A stretch of DNA of 63,982 nt, counting the filler, from Aduncisulcus paluster (lineage: Eukaryota): the NCBI GenBank assembly GCA_024181965.1. It is 8 parts of 8 records of this genome, joined end to end, with 100 filler letters (N's around TTAATTAATTAA, not from the genome) between each part and the next. Parts side by side here need not be neighbours in the genome. Positions count along the whole stretch, not along the records: positions 29,557 to 44,156 come from BQXS01011104.1; positions 44,257 to 48,494 come from BQXS01011105.1; 6 more parts are not named here. The stretch is one strand, 5' to 3'. A model generated the notes under the pieces. The model did no database searches. It saw only the letters and a program-made list of their open reading frames with translations, and was not told the origin of the DNA. The stretch's first letter is position 1; every line of letters starts with the position of its first letter. A program made the translations under genes and the position numbers. This document shows positions 34,266 through 48,594 of the stretch, in pieces.

Positions 34266-37200
34266 TGTATCATATTAAAATTCCAGCCGCGTTGAGCAAG
34301 TTAAAATCTGCTCAACATGCGCTTAAAGCAGGTATTGGTGTATTACCTCCTGCTAAACCCAAGGAGGAAATGGGAAAGAAAACAACCCCTCAATATTTGA
34401 AAATCAATGCACCCAATTTAATTCCTGATGCGCCTTTATTACCATTAGATTTCTATAAGTCCGAAGATAGCTCAAAAGAAGAAGCTTTGAAGTTGCGTGA
34501 AAAAATGGAAGCGGATATTAGGCATACGATATTTCTAAATGAAATTATTTGGAAAATGACTGTTACAGATCAACCTAAACCGGATTTATCACAATTAAGA
34601 TATCAAATGATTCTGAAACAGCAGCAACAAAGAAAACGCTCATATTTTACTTCAGACAAACTTTGGGAATTGCAAGTTAGGGTTGGAGATATTTTTAAGG
34701 TTGGTGGTGAAGCTGCCAAGCGCTTATTTCCTCCTTCCCCCGATACAATTGATAATATATTAACTCAAGTGAGTAAGGACGTTAATGCTGGAACTGTGTT
34801 CCTCCTTGAACCACTTTTAGATGAAGTCCGAACATTGCATACACGTTGTGTGGTTGAGAGTGCTATGAATACTCGTAGAATCGAAGACCCAGAATATGAG
34901 GCTTCCCTTGCCTATTTAAGGCTTCCATCTCCTCCATCATTGACATTAAAGCCTACAATTCTTGGCGTTGCCCTTCCTTGGCCCCTACCATCCCAACCAA
35001 CAGGTGAGGATCTTATTGCTCAAGAAACTGCTCTCGCAAAGAAAATAGCCGATGCTGAAGAGAAAGCTCGCGCGGAAGGAAGGGAACTCTCTGTTGAGAA
35101 ACGTGATGATTTAATGAGACCTCCTGAAGTCAAGCTTATTCTTGAACATTCAATTCACATGGATTCCATCAGAAAAGCTCTGTTTTCTCGGTTTTTCCCT
35201 GCCACTCGGGCGGGTAAAACCATTCTCGGAGTTGTCATGAAGGAGATTCAACAAGGCATTAGCCAAAAGGGACTTTTATATGTTGATATTTCCACCTTCT
35301 CTCCCACCCATGCTCCACACCAATATATATATTTTATGCAGAACCGAGTTCGTATTCTTTCCGGCATTAAACAAGGTGTTCGCAAGGAAAAAGAGAAGCA
35401 TGAGAAAGAAGAACAAGAACGACTCAAACGCGAAGCCCTTGCTGAGGCTGGCTCAAACCCTGCCATTTCCAAGATCCCTCCACTGACAGCTCTTAAGGCC
35501 AATGAAGAGGCCATGATTGACGAGAGACTTCTCGAAGTTGAAGAGGACGTCGAGGTTGCTGAAGGGCCAACGATCACCGGTAATGTTGTCATTATCCCCG
35601 CAGTTGGCCGTATGGCTCTCCCTGTCGATCCCCAGGAGTTTGTCAAGGCTCAGCACCGTCATTACCTTGGGTCCAGGTTTCTTTTGGCCGAGAAATGGCA
35701 TGATAAACTCATATCCACTGTGCAATTCTCTTTTGAGGAGTGTGGTGTCAATTTGTATCACCCTGGTGCCACCGTTCATTGGGAAGGGTCAGGCGAAGAT
35801 ATGGAAAATGATGTTGAAACCAGTGATCTCAAGGAAATCGAAACTGCTGCGTCCTCATCTGCCTTTAGTCCAGGTAACAGTTCGATGATGGATAGGTATG
35901 ATCCCATGAATAATAGGAAAGTTGGTCGTCTTGTATTCGACGACGCTAAGGGTGCATTCGGAGCATCATTCCCTTCGACCGATGGCAGTTCTACCTCCAA
36001 TTCGAATAGAAAAGTCAAGCATCCCCCATCAACCTGTGTTTCTTGTCACGTTAATGGGTTCCGTGATGGAATCATGTATCAACCATTTACTCTTGACCGT
36101 ATTGTGGAACTGTGTGTCCTGTGTGATCGAATGATCTCCAGAGCCATTCATACGACAATCAGAGAAAGTGTAGAGCAACTATTGGCTTTCTTGGAGAGCT
36201 ATAACGTTTATGACCCAGGAGATGGTGTCAAAATAGTCAAGGATTGGATATGTGGAACCTTCGAGGGCAATGTTGTGAGTGCTCGTCTTCTTGAAGTGGC
36301 TGGAAATGCTGCCGATTCCTCAGAGTCTCTGTCTGCCCGTGGCCGTTCATCTCCCTCTGGAAGATCGTCCAGAACCGGTGGCCGTACAAGTAGAACCGGC
36401 AGAGGCAAATTTGCCACTGCTGAGAATGTTCTTGTTCGTCATGTTGCTGAGGAAGAGAAGATGGATAATATTACCCTTGTTCCCTTCAGTGTGCTTCCTG
36501 CCATAATAGGAGTGACTGATAACGATGGCTATGTGACCAGTGGAGAATATTTCGCCTTCCACCCTATCACTTTCCCTGATTCTGCCGTCCCCCACCGTCA
36601 GGTTGATGCCTCTGGTGCCGGTTCAGCCTCATCCACCCCTTCAACTCCTCTCTTCATCATCAAAGTCTCGTGCATTGACGAGGAGACTTTGTGGAAGGAA
36701 TGTGGCAAAGCTGGTATGAAACACAAGAAAGAGCTCTTTGGAATGAAGAAGAAGGAAAAAGAGGTGAAGAAAGAAAGGAAGAGGAGAGGGAGCAGGCTTC
36801 GAATGGATGCAATTAGACTTGATGGACTTGAAGACGGTTCACTAAAGAGGAATAACAAGCGTGCAGCCGACCAGGAAGAAGAGGAAGAACCACAACATGA
36901 GTGGAATTCTGAACCTTTCCCTCAACCGGAGCTTCAGATGTCCCCGTCCCACGATTTTATATCTCGTAACCTACATACTCACATATCTGACCTTGAGGTC
37001 TTGCCATCCTCTATCATTCAACTCTCACTCCGTGTGCTCTCTCTGGCACACTCCTTCAAGGATATCGCTGCTTCGTTGCCCCAATCCTCTTTATATCTCC
37101 CTCCACTCAATCATGTAACCTCTCCTTGGCTCTCGGATGCACACAAACGTCTCGAGTTCGCTCTTGGGAAGGGATTTGCCCATGCCACTGCCGTCCTTCT

Positions 37201-40200
37201 GGCCTATAACAACGTGATCGATTCTTTATCGCTTAACGAGAGTTGCAGAACCCTTGCTTGCAGTGTCACTGGTCGCAATATTGACGTTTCTGTTGGTGGC
37301 ATTGGGTGTGGATCCATCGATATCGAAGAGGAAGTTGAGTCGGAGAGTACTCGCATCAGGTGTGATCTTGCTCGGACATTCGAACAGCTCTGGTGCCTTG
37401 GAAAAGATATGTCTGAGGACGAAGTTATCAAGAAGAGGAAGAAGAAGGAAGAGAAAGCTCATTCCTCCTCTGATAGCGACTATGACGAGGAGGAAGAGGA
37501 AGAGGAGGAAGAAGAGGATAAATACTCAAAGCAGAGGAAGCAAAAGACCAATGAAAATGCTGAAGAACTTTTGTCTCCCCTTGAAATCCTTGAAAATACC
37601 CGTCTCCCCGACATTTATGCCGTCAGACTTGAATTGTTCCGTCTACGCCGTCTCTTATCCATTGTTCCTCGAATTATTGCTGATAGTAAGAGTCTTGGTA
37701 TGATTTACCTTGATCTCGAGAATGTGGAATCCATGATGGCAAGCGTGATTGAGTTCAGGATCCATCTGCTGTGTGAGAGCATTGAGAGTCGTGCAAATGC
37801 TCGTCTTGATCATCTATTGACTGAATGGAAGGAAATTGAGGGTAAAATTGCCGTCAATCCTCAATCTCCTGAAGAACATGCAGTATTGAAGAAATATGTT
37901 GATTCCATCCCTGATCTCAGTAAGAGTTTGCTCCATCGTGAACGTGCTGTATCTCAGTACTTCGAAGCTCTTGAGGAAGCCCACAAGATGGCCAATGGAG
38001 ACACTCATTCTAAGTACCTCAAAGTCATGATTATGCCAAAGAAAATCCTTGAATCGTTGAGTAATCTCACTGTCCGTTTGTCCGATCGTCGCCTTGAGTT
38101 CGAGAATGAGTTGGACATTGCCCAGGAGAATTTCCTTGAAGAATTAGATGTTGTGAGCGAAGATATCAACCAATTGCTTCAGTGTGGTGACTATAGTCAG
38201 GTCCAGCAAGTGTACCCTGCTGTCCAGGCCATTACAGAGTCTCTCGATAATTTAAAGCAACAATCCAAGCTTTTTAACTCCAGAGAAGCTCTGTTTTCTA
38301 GGCCTCAAAGTCAATGGCCAGCCTTGGATGGGCTGTTTAAGCGTTTTGAACCCTTTAAAACACTTTGGACTATTGCTGCCGAGTATGCCAAGCAGTGTCC
38401 CACGTGGATCGATGGTTCTTTCAGTGAGATTGATGCCCAGTATGTTCAAACCAATGTCACAGATTGGATCAGAAGTCTCTTCAAGCTGAGTAAGACTCTT
38501 GGGAGAGAACGTTCCATGTACAGCAAATCGTTGGATGTCATTGAAGACTTGAGAGGACAACTCGAAGATTTCAAGATGAACCTGCCCCTTATCAGTGCCC
38601 TGCGTAACCCTGGTCTTCGGACTAGGCACTGGGATAAGATTAGTGATGTCATTGGTTCTGATCTTCGTCCTTCGCCCGATCTGACCCTTCGCCAACTCCT
38701 TGAGCTTGGATTGACTGAAGAGAACAAGCTCTCTGAGATTAATGCGGTGAGTGTGCAGAGTACCAAAGAACATACCCTTGAGAAGTCTCTTGATAAGATG
38801 AGTGTTGAGTGGCGTCCCGTTGAGTTTGACGTTGTGCCCTACAGAGAGAGTGGTACTTACATTTTGCGTGCCACTGATGATGTCTTGCAGCTCCTTGATG
38901 ACCATCTTGTGGTGGTCCAGGATATCCGTGGATCTCCATATGTGAAACCCTTCGAGAGTCGTGTGAGAGACTTTGAGACTCGTCTCCTCAAGCTCCAGGA
39001 TATCCTTGATGTGTGGCTTATGTGCCAGCAACAATGGATGTATCTTGAACCCATCTTCGCTTCTGACGATATTCGGAAACAAATGCCTTCAGAATCACAT
39101 ACTTTTAGTGATGTCGATCACTCTTGGCGGATCATCATGTCAGATATCCACAAGAGTCCCAATGTTATGAGTGTCGCATCTCGAGATGAATTCTTGGGTA
39201 AGCTTCAGAACATGAATGAAAAGCTTGAAAGTGTGCAGAAATGTCTGAATGATTACCTCGAAAGCAAGTGTATGGCCTTCCCAAGATTCTTCTTCCTCTC
39301 TGCTGATGATTTGCTTCAGATCTTGTCTCAGACTCGTGATCCAAGAGCTGTCAACCCCCACCTTCCCAAGTCTTTCGAAGGCATCAACAAACTCACATTT
39401 GATGGAGATATCAAGTCTGTCCACGATGTTGATAAGCTCAGAATCTCTCAGATGATTAGTAAGGAAGGAGAAGTCGTTGAGTTCCTTGAGCCCATTGTTC
39501 CTAAAGGAGATTCTGAACAGTGGCTTAGTATGGTTGAAAAGGGAATGAAGGCTGCCGTGAAGGATCTTATCATCACATCTTTAAAGGAACTCGCCCCTGT
39601 TCTCGCCACTTCGCCCAATGGGGATCCTTACAATGGTGCACCGGTTACTGTGGATAATGCCGTTGGAAGGGAACGTTGGGTGCTCAAGTGGCATGGACAG
39701 GTTGTGCTGGCCGTCAATCAGATCATATGGACCCAGGAGGTTGAGAGTGCCCTCGCTGAAGGTGTTCGTGGATTGAAGCAATGTAGAGCCACGATGACTT
39801 CAAGGCTTAACCGTCTCGTTGAGTTAGTGCGTGGTCGTTTGACCTCATTGAATCGTCGTACTCTTTCTGCCATTCTTACTCTTGACGTTCACAATCGAGA
39901 TGTTGTTACCACTCTCATCGATAAGCAAGTGCGCGGTCGTGACAACTTTGTGTGGACATCACAGTTGAGATACTATTGGCACGAGGGAGATGTCAGAGTT
40001 AGACAGGTACAGGCTGATTTGTTGTATCAATACGAGTATCTTGGAAACTCTGCAAGGCTTGTCATTACTCCTTTGACAGATCGTTGTTACATGACACTGA
40101 CAGGAGCTTTGAGTTTACATCTCGGTGGTGCTCCGGCTGGACCGGCTGGAACCGGTAAGACTGAGACAGTTAAGGATCTTGCCAAGGGTCTTGCCATCTA

Positions 40201-43200
40201 TTGTATGGTTTTCAACTGTTCCGATGGTCTCGATTACAAGGCTATGGCGAAGTTCTTCAAGGGTCTTGCCATGTCCGGATCTTGGTCTTGTTTCGATGAG
40301 TTCAATAGGTTGCATATTGAGGTGCTTTCCGTTGTTGCCCAACAGATTTTGACCATCCAACGTGCTCTGGCTGAGAATGCCGAGCGTTTCATATTTGAGG
40401 GTTCTGATATTTCCTTGAATTCCATGTTTGCCACCTTTATTACTATGAATCCCGGTTACGCTGGTCGTACCGAGCTTCCTGATAACTTGAGTGCTTTGTT
40501 CAGACCTTGTGCTATGGTTGTACCTGATTATGCTATGATTGCAGAGATTATGTTGTTTGGTAATGGTTTCTCTGAGGCCAGAGACTTGGCAAGGAAGATC
40601 ACCACAACGTTGAAGCTTTCATCCGAACAGCTGTCCTCTCAGGATCACTACGATTATGGTATGCGTGCCGTCAAGAGTATTCTCGTCGCTGCCGGTGCCT
40701 TGAAGCGTGCTGAACCGAACACTCCCGAAGACCAGTTGGTTCTCCGTGCTCTTCTTGACGTCAATCTTCCCAAGTTCTTATCTCAAGATGTCCCCCTCTT
40801 TGACAATATTATTTCTGATCTATTCCCCCGTACTGAACGCCAGAAAATTGACTATGGTCTGTTCCTTTCAGCTGTTGAGGAGTATTGTCTTACTAAGAAT
40901 ATTCAGACAACCCCTGAATTCCTCGTTAAAGTGCAGCAGCTTCTCGAGACTCTGCGTGTGCGTCATGGTCTGATGCTTGTCGGGCGTACAATGAGTGGGA
41001 AGAGTACTGTTATCGATGTTGTTCAACATGCCTTGGAGATTACTGGGAAGAAGATGAAGGAATTGGGCGAAAAAGAAGATGTAGACGTTCCCATATTTAA
41101 GAAGACTATAATACAAAAGATGAACCCCAAGGCTGTCACCCTGGGTCAATTGTATGGTAACTTTGATATTGTTAGTAACGAATGGCATGAAGGTATCCTG
41201 GCTGCTATTGTTCGTAAGAGTGCCGTGGACATGAGTGGAAAGAGGTACTTTGTTATTTTTGATGGGCCTGTTGATGCTGATTGGATTGAGAACATGAACA
41301 CCTGTCTTGATGATAACAAGAAGCTGTGTCTCTCATCTGGAGAAACAATTGGACTTTCGCCTTTCATGAGTATTGTGTTTGAAACCCAAGATTTGTCCGA
41401 AGCTTCACCGGCAACCGTTTCAAGGTGTGGTATGGTTTATATGGAGCCTGAAGACCTTGGATTCATGCCAATTGTTCACTCTTGGCTCACCAACATCCCT
41501 GATTGGTTGAAGGAGAACACTGACGAGCTGGATGAGACGGCAAAACCATCGTTTGGAGCCGAAATGTCATCTCGTGGAGCTACACCAGCGAGGGCTTCCC
41601 GCAAGAGTGCCCGTGGATCCTCTCGTGGTGCCACTGCTGAACCCGTTGAGAAAGAACCTGTGAAGATCACTCGTTATAGCAAAGAAAACGGTACTGCTGT
41701 TCAGAGACGTTTGTGTCATCTATGCGAATGGATTCTTGATCCCATTGTAACCTTTGTCTGTGACCATCTTCACACGCTTGTGCCAGTATCAGAGTCTTGG
41801 TTGGTATCAAGTTTCCTTAAGCTCATGTCAAGCATGTTCGCCAAGTTTGCTCCGTTAAGCGAAGAGGAGAAGACTGAATACAAGAAACAACGTCAGATTG
41901 GTGGAGAATCCGGCGCGCAAACTTGGCTCAACCGTCGTTCAAAGCTCCTCCCTCCTGCCTTCCAGTCCAAAGAAATGCTCAAGATGGTCGATAGTATCTT
42001 CATGTTCTCTCTGATCTGGTCTGTGTGTGCTGTATGCAGTTCCAACGAAGAGAGAGAGATTGTCTCGAGCCTTGTTCGATACTTGATCGCTTCTGAGGCT
42101 GAGCTTAAGAAGCCTGACAAGAAAAGGGAAGCTCTCAAGAAACACTACACTGCAGTCATGAAGTTTGCCCCCAAATACGAAGCTCTTGGAAACTTCCCTG
42201 AAGAGGACAAGCAAGCTGGAGGTCGTAAGAGTATTCGTCCACCTGCTGGTGAAGTTATCATTGATTATGGTGAGTTTGTTGATGTTATTATGGGTGCCGA
42301 CAATAACATGAAATCGATGTCTCTTTCATTCGCTTTCCCTCACAAGGACCTTGTATTTGATTACAACTACAACTGTAAGAGCAAGGAATGGATATACTGG
42401 GGCAATGATCTTTCTGTGCCAAACAATCCTTCCAACTTCAAGATTGATGAGGGTGAAGAATACCAAGACGTGCTTGTTCCAACCATTGACACGTGTCGGT
42501 TCGGAGCTGTTCTCAAGACTCTCGTTAGCAATGGTCAGAATGTCCTGGTGACTGGTGAGACTGGTACTGGAAAGACTGTCGTCATTCAGGAACTCTTGCT
42601 CAACGGGATGGATCAAGACAAGTATCTCTACATTCCGCTTAACTTTAGTGCTCAGACCAGTGCAAACAGGACACAGGATATCTTGGATAGTTCTTTGGAC
42701 AGGCGTAGGAGAGGAGTCTATGGTCCCCCACTTGGGAAGATCGCTGTAGTGTTTGTGGATGATTTGAATATGCCTGCACGTGAAAAATACGGGGCACAGC
42801 CTCCCATTGAGCTTTTGCGTCAATTTGTTGATCATGGGGGATGGTATGATAGAAAGAGTCTGCACTTTATGAATATTGTTGACACTCAGTTGGTAACAGC
42901 CATGGGTCCACCAGGAGGAGGCAGAAACCCGGTCACTCCTCGTTTCTTGCGTCATTTCAATATGATTACCTTCCCTGAGATGGACAATGAGTCGTTACAG
43001 CATGTGTTTGGGACTATCTTGACTCACTGGATCGACACAAAGATGACCAAGGCTCCTGGCGAAGTGAGCACTGCTTTCACTCAGGTTGTTAAGTCGACTG
43101 TGGATGTGTTCAACACCATTAGAAGAGAACTCTTACCTACCCCNNNNNNNNNNNNNNNNNNNNGTCATTTCAATATGATTACCTTCCCTGAGATGGACAA

Positions 43201-44156
43201 TGAGTCGTTACAGCATGTGTTTGGGACTATCTTGACTCACTGGATCGACACAAAGATGACCAAGGCTCCTGGCGAAGTGAGCACTGCTTTCACTCAGGTT
43301 GTTAAGTCGACTGTGGATGTGTTCAACACCATTAGAAGAGAACTCTTACCTACCCCTCTTAAATCTCACTATACATTCAATCTGAGAGATCTCAGTGCCG
43401 TGTTCGTTGGTGTGTTGATGGGCAATCCAAAGAAACTCACTGACAAGCTCTCTGTCGTGAAACTGTGGTGTCACGAATGTGAGCGAGTGTTCAGCGATCG
43501 TCTTATTTCTGTTGAGGATCGTTCATGGTTCAGAGATCTGCTGTGTACGAAATGTAAGGATGATTTTAGAGTTGTGAGTGAAAATGTCTACGTTAAAGAG
43601 AAAGGAGAACGTCTTATTTTTGCTGATTTTATGGTCGACACTGACCCTAGGCCATACGAAGAAATTGGTGACTTTAAGAAGTTAAGGGAAGTTTGCTATG
43701 AATTCCAGGAAGATTATATCACTGAGATGAACGGATCTCTGAAACTGGTTCTGTTTGATCATGCCCTTGACCATTTAGCTCGTATTGCAAGGGTTCTGAG
43801 GCAGCCAAAGGGACATGCTTTACTGCTCGGTGTCGGAGGAAGTGGAAGACAATCTCTCACGCGTCTTGCAAGTTATATTAATGAGTTTGAAATATTCCAG
43901 ATTGAGATTTCGAAGAGTTATGGAATCCCTCAGTGGCATGAAGATCTTAAGAATGTTCTTCAGATGGCTGGTCTCAAACGTAAACCGACAGTATTCCTTT
44001 TCAATGATACTCAACTCTTCAACGAGTCTCAGCTCGAAGATCTTAACAATATCTTGAATACAGGAGATGTTCCTACCATATATGAACCGCCTGAGTTAGA
44101 GAATATATACAACACTATGCGTCCCATTTGTCAAGCAGAGGGTAAACCTCTCACTA
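34266..44156 (+). CDS. DNAH: Axonemal dynein heavy chain, probably single-headed inner-arm type, 3' truncated in AAA4
   Basis: Linker motifs WMYLEPIFAS and FPRFFFLS; AAA1 GPAGTGKTET/CFDEFNR; AAA2 GRTMSGKS; AAA3 GETGTGKT; AAA4 GVGGSGRQS. 42951-43143 is duplicated at 43164-43356 around 20 N. Confidence 0.96.
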
Positions 44157-44256
44157 NNNNNNNNNNNNNNNNNNNNNNNNNNNNNNNNNNNNNNNNNNNN
44201 TTAATTAATTAANNNNNNNNNNNNNNNNNNNNNNNNNNNNNNNNNNNNNNNNNNNN

Positions 44257-47200
44257 CTCCAAAGACAAGGTCAGTCACATTCGAATGAACAGAATTGAAA
44301 GACACCTTGGACTCTCCGCTGGTCAATTTAGGATATTCTTCGTCATCCTTGAGTACCTTCTCAGACGAAATTTTGTTCATTTCCTCAATTTCTCTCTCCA
44401 ATTGTGACAAGATAGTGAAGCGAGTGCCACCCAGTGATACACTGTGAAGGTATGAGAAAGCCAGGGTCAGAGAGAAGTAAGGATCGAATGATGACTGCAC
44501 AGAAGGCAAGAGAACATGACCTCCAATACCCCAGTCAGATGAACAGTGAGGTAAAGATAATATTGCACGTAGGAGCTCGAAGGAATGCTGCAATGTGGGC
44601 ATATGGGAAGAGATATTCAGGGATGGGACAGAGGAACAGTGTGTGTTTGGATGAGGAGGAAGGAGCATACCGCTGAATTTCTCCTTATCAACAGAACGAG
44701 GCATTGGGCTAGTTGCTGACGTGGTTGAGTAAGTGATCTTTGAGGAACTAAGGTGAACAAGCACCCTTTCCATCCTGAACATGTGTGCACAGCACCACAC
44801 ACCACAGGTACGAATGTGGTCGTGGTGGGAAGGATCAGAGAGACTGAACAGATACCACAAAAGGAATGAAATCATACACACGCAACTTGAACTGGGGCCA
44901 GACGTGGAGTGAGTGTTGGTGCCGTATTCAGAAGAATATGGAGTTGGGGAGGAAGAGGATGGAATCAAGGAAAAGGACTGAAGAGAACTACCAAGGAAAC
45001 CTCCATCTTTTTCATTCATATCCTTCAAACAAATAAATATCCCTTGTTTTTCACCAATTCTTACACATATATCCAAGAAATTGCTCATGAGAAGGTCAGG
45101 CTGAGTGTTTTCCTCAGCAATTTGACGCTCTGGAACATCGTCACAGACTGGAGATAGTACCTTTTCACAGCTAAACAGATCTTGTTTGAGGCTTTGTAAA
45201 CACTGTGCAATATTAGGATTTCCGCTCGATGTCAGTCTTGACAAGTCGTTCTCTGCGAGTCCCTTGATAAAGTTAATCATGCACATCGTATCCCTAGCAG
45301 ACATTATGAAAGGTGGAGTCTGTTTTTCACTGGAAGAATACATCATGGAAGGAGATATAGAAGTATCAAAGGCTTGGAGATATGGGTGGGCTTCCTTACC
45401 ATGCGATTGACCAGCAGTGGCATCAGACTTCAATCCACACGAATAGAACATCTCTGGCAGTGGGATGAAAGTATATAAATCTTCCTCATCATCACAATGA
45501 GGGAACAGACCACCTTCTCCCAAACCAAGAGAGAACTGAGGACGGTAACCAACAGAGTTAGTCCCACCTTTCTCTTCAGGGCGTCGTTCAGACCCAATCC
45601 ATCTCTTAGCAGCTATGGAATGAGTCAACGTTGGCATAATACTCATCAAAACAAGACACAATGAAGCATACACAGAGTTTCCATGATTGAGGGTTGGAGA
45701 GAAGAGGAAGAATCTGAATCGTAGGAACATATTCACGATCAAACACTGGGCTGCAGTGCATGTCGCAGGACGAGAAGAGAGTATGACCAAATGTGTGACG
45801 AGGGGGAGAGGATTGTGGATAAACATACGGGATAAAGGCAGAGGAGAACTTGAAGGGTTTGAGGTAATCGAACTGGTACGGCTGGAACCCAGTCTTTCTT
45901 TGTCGACTAGAGTGTCCTTGTCATTCATTTCACTCTCTTTCCTCCATTTACGCTCTTCTTCATCGTTTTGTATGCTCTTCTTCTTCCATTCTCCATCAAT
46001 TTCCTTCGCAACATCTTCGTTCATACTGGCACACACACAAGAACACGAGTGCATGGAGATGCAGGCCAGTTTGTTCATGTCATTATTTGATTCAAATGTG
46101 CTTGTGCACAGACATGTGGCCAACAAAGTGTGGAATCCATGTGCTAGATGCGATAGGCACAAAGAATCAGATACTTCGATACTATAAGCACAAAAACTGC
46201 AGCATATTCCGAGGTAAAAGACAGTAATGCATGAGAGAGGAATGAGATGAGGCGATAAAGAGAAGGATTTTACCAGCAAGGATGAGAGAGGAGAGAGAAG
46301 AACGAGAAGAGACTGAGAATTCACAGTGCAACATGAAGATACAGCACATCCGGCAATAGATATACATCTGCAAATCGAAATAAAGAGAGATGAAGAATAT
46401 ATTGAATTGAGGGAACCATGAACAGGCCCAGGAGTTCCAATTTGAGATCCACTTGTTGAAGAAGAAGCGGGATTCTTTACAGGTGAAGAAGGAAGACAAA
46501 CAGAAACAGCCAACTGACCAGAGGGAGTGTTAGTACGAGACGATTTCCCACTCAAATGAGCCATATCACACATGTTTAAGGAGATTTCAAGACAGTTCCT
46601 GGCGAGAGAAGTATGGAAGGTGGGGTCAAACCTTGAAATGATGTCAATTAGTTCTTCAATTTCAAGAGTAAAGTTGGCATCTTCATTTGAAGAAGAGAAT
46701 ACAAGCTCCTTTGGCTTTGTTTCCAGTACACACTCTTTGATTCCTTCATACAAATGCACCACAATACTGTTGCACACATTCTCACACATAATCTCTCGAA
46801 GAACATTGGATTTATCCCCATCAGGGTCTTCAGAGAGACATTCACGGCATATCTCCCCAATTTCTTTCACTTGGAACACAATTCTCTTGTCTTTTTCAAC
46901 CATACACTCACTTTCACAGTCACAACCACCCGACACGATACCACAGAGAACCGCCAGCACGCATACAGCAAGGGAGTGTATCTGAGAGTTTGGAATAGAT
47001 GATAACGATTCACTGAACTCAGTCTCAGAGGCAGCCATCATCGCTGCAGCCTTGTTGGGCCCAGGTGAGACAGTTCTTGGAAGGTACCTGCTTGTAGCAT
47101 CAAGAGTATCATCATCCAAAGCACTAACTGTCGCATCTTTATATCCCTTTGGTCTGCTTCTGCTTCTCTCCACCCACTTTCGGTGAGCAATCTTCTCTTC

Positions 47201-48494
47201 TTTCTCTTTGCGTTTCAACAGACGTTTTCCGTACAAGTCAAGACAGACGCAGAGGGAGAACACAGTCGGGAGGAAAGGAAACAGCTGGGATCTAACATAT
47301 TTGGAAGGCAAAGATGTCAGCATCTCGGGCAACATGAACAATGCACAAAGAGGTGCAGATGAATGTGGCTTGGGAAGGAAGATTATTGGAATGGAAGCTG
47401 GTGAAAGAGCAATATCGGCCAAAGCACTGATTGTGATGAAAGGAATAATATTGAAGAAATATGAAATAATATCTGTTCTGTTACGTTCACAGCAACCATA
47501 CAAAAACTCAGTAAACAGTTCAGAAGAAGAGAAAGAAGAAGACAAGAAGGGATGTTTGTTATCACTGATAGCTTTGTTATTCTTAACCATAGTGTTCGAT
47601 GGAAGAGCCCACCCACCACTCTCGCTATGTTCATCAGAGAAACTATGCTCGCTGTTATTAAACCCATCAGAGGCCGCATTGTCAGCAGTTGAAGAGTCAG
47701 TTGTTTCCGTCCCATCTTGTTCATCCCTTTGACAAGAACACAAGACAATGAAAGAGGACAATGTACGAGAATGGATATCAATTGGAAGCATTTTAGAAGG
47801 AGGAACACACAACACAGACTCTTCACAGCCATGGATGGGTGAAAATAGAGAGAATATGCTTTCAACCACAGAAGAAACACCCGAAGAACATTGCTCCAAT
47901 GATTTCCAAGTCAGAATTCTCTGGATTGGATCAATAAATGACAAATTGAACTCAAGAGATAGGTGTTTCAGAAGGATTGGAATAACTCCGTAACCACACA
48001 ATGATTGTTCTTCCTCAGATCCTGGAGAATATGAGTCAGACTCGACCCCAGAAAGATCAGCAGGCTGAATCATTTTCCTTTGAGTTTCTCTCTTGACTCG
48101 TTCATACAAGTGAAGGTAATATCCACTCACAATGGATAATATAGTCTGTGAAGGCAAAGGAGGAAGAATTGGCAGGGAATACTTATCCTTGTCCTCATCT
48201 TCTTCTCTCTTTCTCTCCTCTTCCCTGCGCTTCCATTCTCTTTCAATTTCCTCTGGAGGAATAACGTCATCTTCATCCTCCATTTCCATTTCCATCTCAA
48301 TCCTGACCCTAACTTTCCTTCTTTCTTTCTCCTCTTCCTCGTATACTTGCAATCTCTTCTGCTCTTCCACACAATCGCACACACAGGAACAAAGCAGGTT
48401 GGCCAGAGCTCCTTCCCGTACCCTTGGCAAAGAGAGGGAGAGAGAGGATGAGAGAGGAGACACATCACACGAGGAGCATGAGGAAGAAGAAGAG
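44257..48494 (-). CDS. Hypothetical protein fragment spanning the whole contig piece
   Basis: ORF of more than 1400 codons bounded by linkers; no family recognised. Confidence 0.75.
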
Positions 48495-48594
48495 NNNNNN
48501 NNNNNNNNNNNNNNNNNNNNNNNNNNNNNNNNNNNNNNTTAATTAATTAANNNNNNNNNNNNNNNNNNNNNNNNNNNNNNNNNNNNNNNNNNNN

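Noticed and set aside
38252-39082. Long antisense ORFs inside dynein (also 42326-42955) and ABCA (54482-55390)
   Set aside because: Shadow ORFs caused by the codon bias of the sense genes; no protein motifs.
42951-43356. Duplicated segment in dynein AAA3
   Set aside because: Identical 193-nt copies around a 20-N gap; scaffolding artefact.
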